A stretch of 64,000 nucleotides of DNA, from NCBI RefSeq assembly GCF_009914755.1, contig NC_060927.1; one strand, written 5' to 3'. Under the pieces are notes generated by a model that worked only from the letters and a program-made list of their open reading frames with translations, was not told where the DNA came from and did not search any database. A program made the position numbers and the translations under genes. Below are positions 60,300 to 64,000 of this stretch, one piece after another; position 1 is the stretch's first letter, and each line of letters begins with the position of its first letter. This DNA is from the human T2T-CHM13v2.0 reference genome, Homo sapiens.

Positions 60300-60990
60300 G
60301 GGATATGACACGTGACTGTATCATCTTACAGAAAAGACTTCATTCTGGATCCCTTTGTAGCGCCTGCTGGAGGATTTTCTCTACATCATTAATAATCACA
60401 GCAGTGAACGCGACCAGCCCAGCTGCAAGCACTGTGCCCCTTACTCCCTATACATGAGGTCATTTTGCACTTGGAATGGCCCAGCACAGCCTGCCCTGCC
60501 CTGCCCTGCCCTGCAAGGAGGTTGAGGCTATTATGATCATTCCCATCTTAGAGACAGGAAACCAGATGCCTGCCCCAGGTCACTGGAGTGGAAGTACACT
60601 GGGGTGGGGCTCACACACAGATGTGCCTCGAGGCCAAGCCCTCCTCTGTCCTAAAAACCTAGGAGTCCAAGTGAGTGGACGGCCTGGCAGCAGCCCCGGC
60701 TGGCTTCTGGTGAGTTTGCAGACCTCCACCCCAGGCTGTCTGCTCAGAGCCACTCCCAACCAGGCCACACTGTCCGGTGTTTCGACTTGCCTGGCTCCCC
60801 CATGCCAGGTGCCAGCCTCAGTCCAGCTCTGCAGGCAGCAGCTGTAGGTGAGATGGGAGCCAGCCACCTGCAGGACGTGGGACTCAGGGGAGTTAGAACT
60901 CCAAGCCTAGAACTCGAATGACATCAGGAGCTCTCAGGGAGACAGGTCATGCTGCCAGGATTGCTCTTTGGTTCCTTTAAAACTAGGAAG

Positions 60991-61120
60991 GAACCAGGCA
61001 CAGTGGCCCATGCCTATAATCCCAGCATTTTGGGAGCCTGAAGTGGGAGGATCGCTTGAGCCCAGGAGTTCGAGACCAGCCTGTGCAACACAGTGAGACC
61101 ATGTCTCAAAAACAAACAAA
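60991..61120 (+). mobile_element. FLAM / Alu monomer
   Basis: Single arm with A tail; flanks AAA(C/T)TAGGAA. Confidence 0.85.
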
Positions 61121-61575
61121 TTAGGAACGATGAAGAGTAACACCGTGAGCAGGAAAACCCAACTGCCATCTGGAATGCAGACTTGGACCTAGTGTGGGGA
61201 TCCAGCCCCAGCCCTGGCCCTCAGGCAGGTAAGGAATTATTGTCCCCATTGGCCCCCGAGAGAGCCACACCCCAAAGACTGTCAAGGCAGGCTAGGGGCC
61301 CAGTCGCAGGGAGCAAGGCCAGCTCACTCATTGCCCCACCTCTCCCGTCACCATGGGGGCTGACTCTGCCCAGCAATGCTCCCACGGCCCCTTTCCCAGT
61401 GCTTTTCAACTCCAGAATTTCCACTTGGTTATTTTTATCATTTCTACCTCTTTATTTATATTCTCTATTTGATGCAACATCATAATACCTTCCTTTGCTT
61501 CATGGTGTCCTTTAGTTCTTTGACCATATTTACAATGGCTGCTTTGAAATCTTTGCAAGTTAAATCTGACACTGG

Positions 61576-61937
<362 letters not shown>

Positions 61938-62049
61938 CTATTTCTTTCCATTTCTAACAGTTGTTTTTGAAAAGTGGACACTTTAGATAATACACCAATT
62001 CTGCATACTGATTTCCCAGCCTGTCTTCAGGGGCTTTGTTTGCCTGCTT

Positions 62050-62168
62050 GTTTAAATAGAGATGGGGTCTCACTATGTTGCCCAGTCTGAACTCCTACGT
62101 TTAAGCAGTCCTCCCACCCTGGCCTCCCAAAATGCTGGGATTTCAGACACAAGCCACTGCACCTGCCC
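62050..62168 (-). mobile_element. FLAM / Alu monomer
   Basis: AGAGATGGGGTCTCACTATGTTGCCCAG...CCTCCCAAAATGCTGGGATT. Confidence 0.8.
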
Positions 62169-63127
62169 ATGAGTTTTGTTGTTTACTTATTTCTTTAGTG
62201 GCTTGGCTTGTTTTAGTAAAGTCTGTTTTCCCTACAATGTGGAGCCTCTGATGTTGCTCCTCAGAAATTGCAGCCTCTGGCTTGCCCAGTCACCCTGGGA
62301 TGACAATAGATTCAGCAGCTCTTTCTTTAACTGTCTTCTTTTCCAGATCTCTCTGTTGAGCTGTCTGCCTCTGTTGGTATCACACCTAGCACCTAAATGT
62401 TAGCCTCCACTAACCACTAGCTGATCACTCTGCTGTTTTCCACAATGGTCTGGTGCCTAAATTGCTCCACAGTCTAATTCAATTAAGTCTGGATCACTTT
62501 CTGGAAGCCAGCCTTTGAGTTTTCTTCTGACCCCAGGAGAGATCTTCCTGTCTGTCTCTGTCCCTGGTTCTCTTTGGAAAACTAGCTGGTCTATGGTTTA
62601 TCTTACTTCTCTCAAAGAGCTACCAGTCTCCTCTTAAATGCTTACCATCAACATCTGTATTGTTTTTGAGAGTGCCCTTAGGTTTGAACTTCCCCACATC
62701 TTGTGGCAAGTAAAGCTAGTTCCTTTGGGGAGAATTTATAAGCCTTCCAAACTTATGGTCTGCCTCTCTCCCTGGGCAAATCCTCTGAGCCATCACTCAA
62801 AAACCAGGGCAGGAGCAGTGATCCACCTCTCTCAGAGTGACATCCAGCTTTAAGGACAGAATGCTGTATAGGGGCCAAGGCCTCTGGTCTTCTCTGCTTG
62901 TTTCTCCTGGTGTAGAATCTCCATCCTATGAACAAGCTGGGGCAATGATGATAGAGACCCCAGTGTTTTCAGTGTGCCATGCCTGAGGTAGAACCTCTGC
63001 TCTATGGATGGGATCTGGGTGGACGATGGGAGTCCCTAACCTCTCAACCACATTGCCTAGAAATTAGTCTCTGCAGCATGTAGCTAGATGGAGGAGGAGA
63101 GGGTCGGGAATAGATGAAAGTTAACAG

Positions 63128-63328
63128 TACAGGCCTGCTGTAGACCAAATCTTGCCCATGCCTTTCTTTCTAAATAGAGTTTTATTGAAACACATCCATG
63201 CCCACTCATTTACTATAATCTATGGCTGCTTTTCTACTAAAATGGCAGAGTTCAGTAGCTACAACACATACCCCATGGTCTGGAAACCCTAAAATATTTA
63301 CTATCTAGTCCTTATAAAAAGTTTTCTA
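63128..63328. mobile_element. MER58A-like hAT
   Basis: GTTTTATTGAAACACA...TCTATGGCTGCTTT...GGCAGAGTTCAGTAG...CCTAAAATATTTACTATCT. Confidence 0.75.
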
Positions 63329-64000
63329 GAAGGCAGGATAGTAGGCATCCTTGGAGAGGTGGGTAGTAACTGGAACTACCATCTGAGGCACCTAGTCATG
63401 TTCTTCCTCTTGATCCCCATGCTACTTGCATGGTTGTGTTCACTTTGTAAACTTCAATGAGCTCACACTCATGATTTGCACACTTTTCTATATGTCTTTT
63501 AGCAGAAGTTTGCCCCTAAAATTCTCTCTTCTCCTTCAAGACACCCCCCTGACATGATAATTTAAGAATAAAAAGGTAAAAACCCACAAAGCCAAAGAGA
63601 AGGAAAGAGAATAACGGGTGTGAGATGTCATAGGAACTTCAGAATTTGGACAACAGACAAACATGAAGTGATTTAGTTTTCCTCTATTTGGCAACTGCTT
63701 GCAAAAGTGGGGCTCAGGGAGGGGAAAGCTCAGGAACTAAAGATGTCAAACACCTGTGAAGGCAGGGGTATATGGGGATAGGTTAAAATCAGAAGGAGTC
63801 GGTCTGTAAGATCTTGTCTGAGCGAAATGTCTTTGTTCTACTTTCAGCCTTGTGTGAGAGTTTGGCTGCTGTATAGAAATCTGGGTTGGAAATCAAAGTC
63901 ACTATGGTAGTTAAACATAGATGCCTCTCCCAGCTCTCCCAGCTAGGTGACTGTCCCTCCCTCACAGGAAAAGGGAGGTTTCCATCTGGATAGGGTTACC

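Overview
Primate, almost certainly human, genomic DNA. The + strand holds the last two coding exons of a kelch-repeat gene (1774-1971 and 22688-22869, C-terminus ...NPRDLIPPPSDLVEEGNEH*), which I recognise as KBTBD12. They are separated by a 20.7 kb intron and followed by a probable ~3.4 kb 3' UTR ending near tandem AATAAA signals at 26237/26251. The rest is intronic or intergenic sequence dominated by transposon relics: about 30 Alu/FLAM copies, L1/HAL1, MIR/L2, MaLR/ERVL/ERV1 LTRs, a MER57-type provirus with pol/env remnants, Tigger3, MER3/33/58 and a Ricksha MULE. There is also a tailless 5S rRNA retrocopy. I found no evidence for a new protein-coding system, and nearly all listed ORFs are repeat-derived or chance ORFs. 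The most notable observations are structural: an Alu inserted with 85 nt of extra 5' sequence inside one TSD, a 5S copy with an internal inverted duplication, a ~37-bp minisatellite born inside a MaLR LTR, a MULE carrying a retroviral LTR fragment, twin CRE palindromes next to a MER41 LTR, and a probable Alu-Alu recombination deletion junction. Repeat subfamily names come from remembered consensus sequences and need RepeatMasker/Dfam confirmation. Boundaries without TSDs are approximate.
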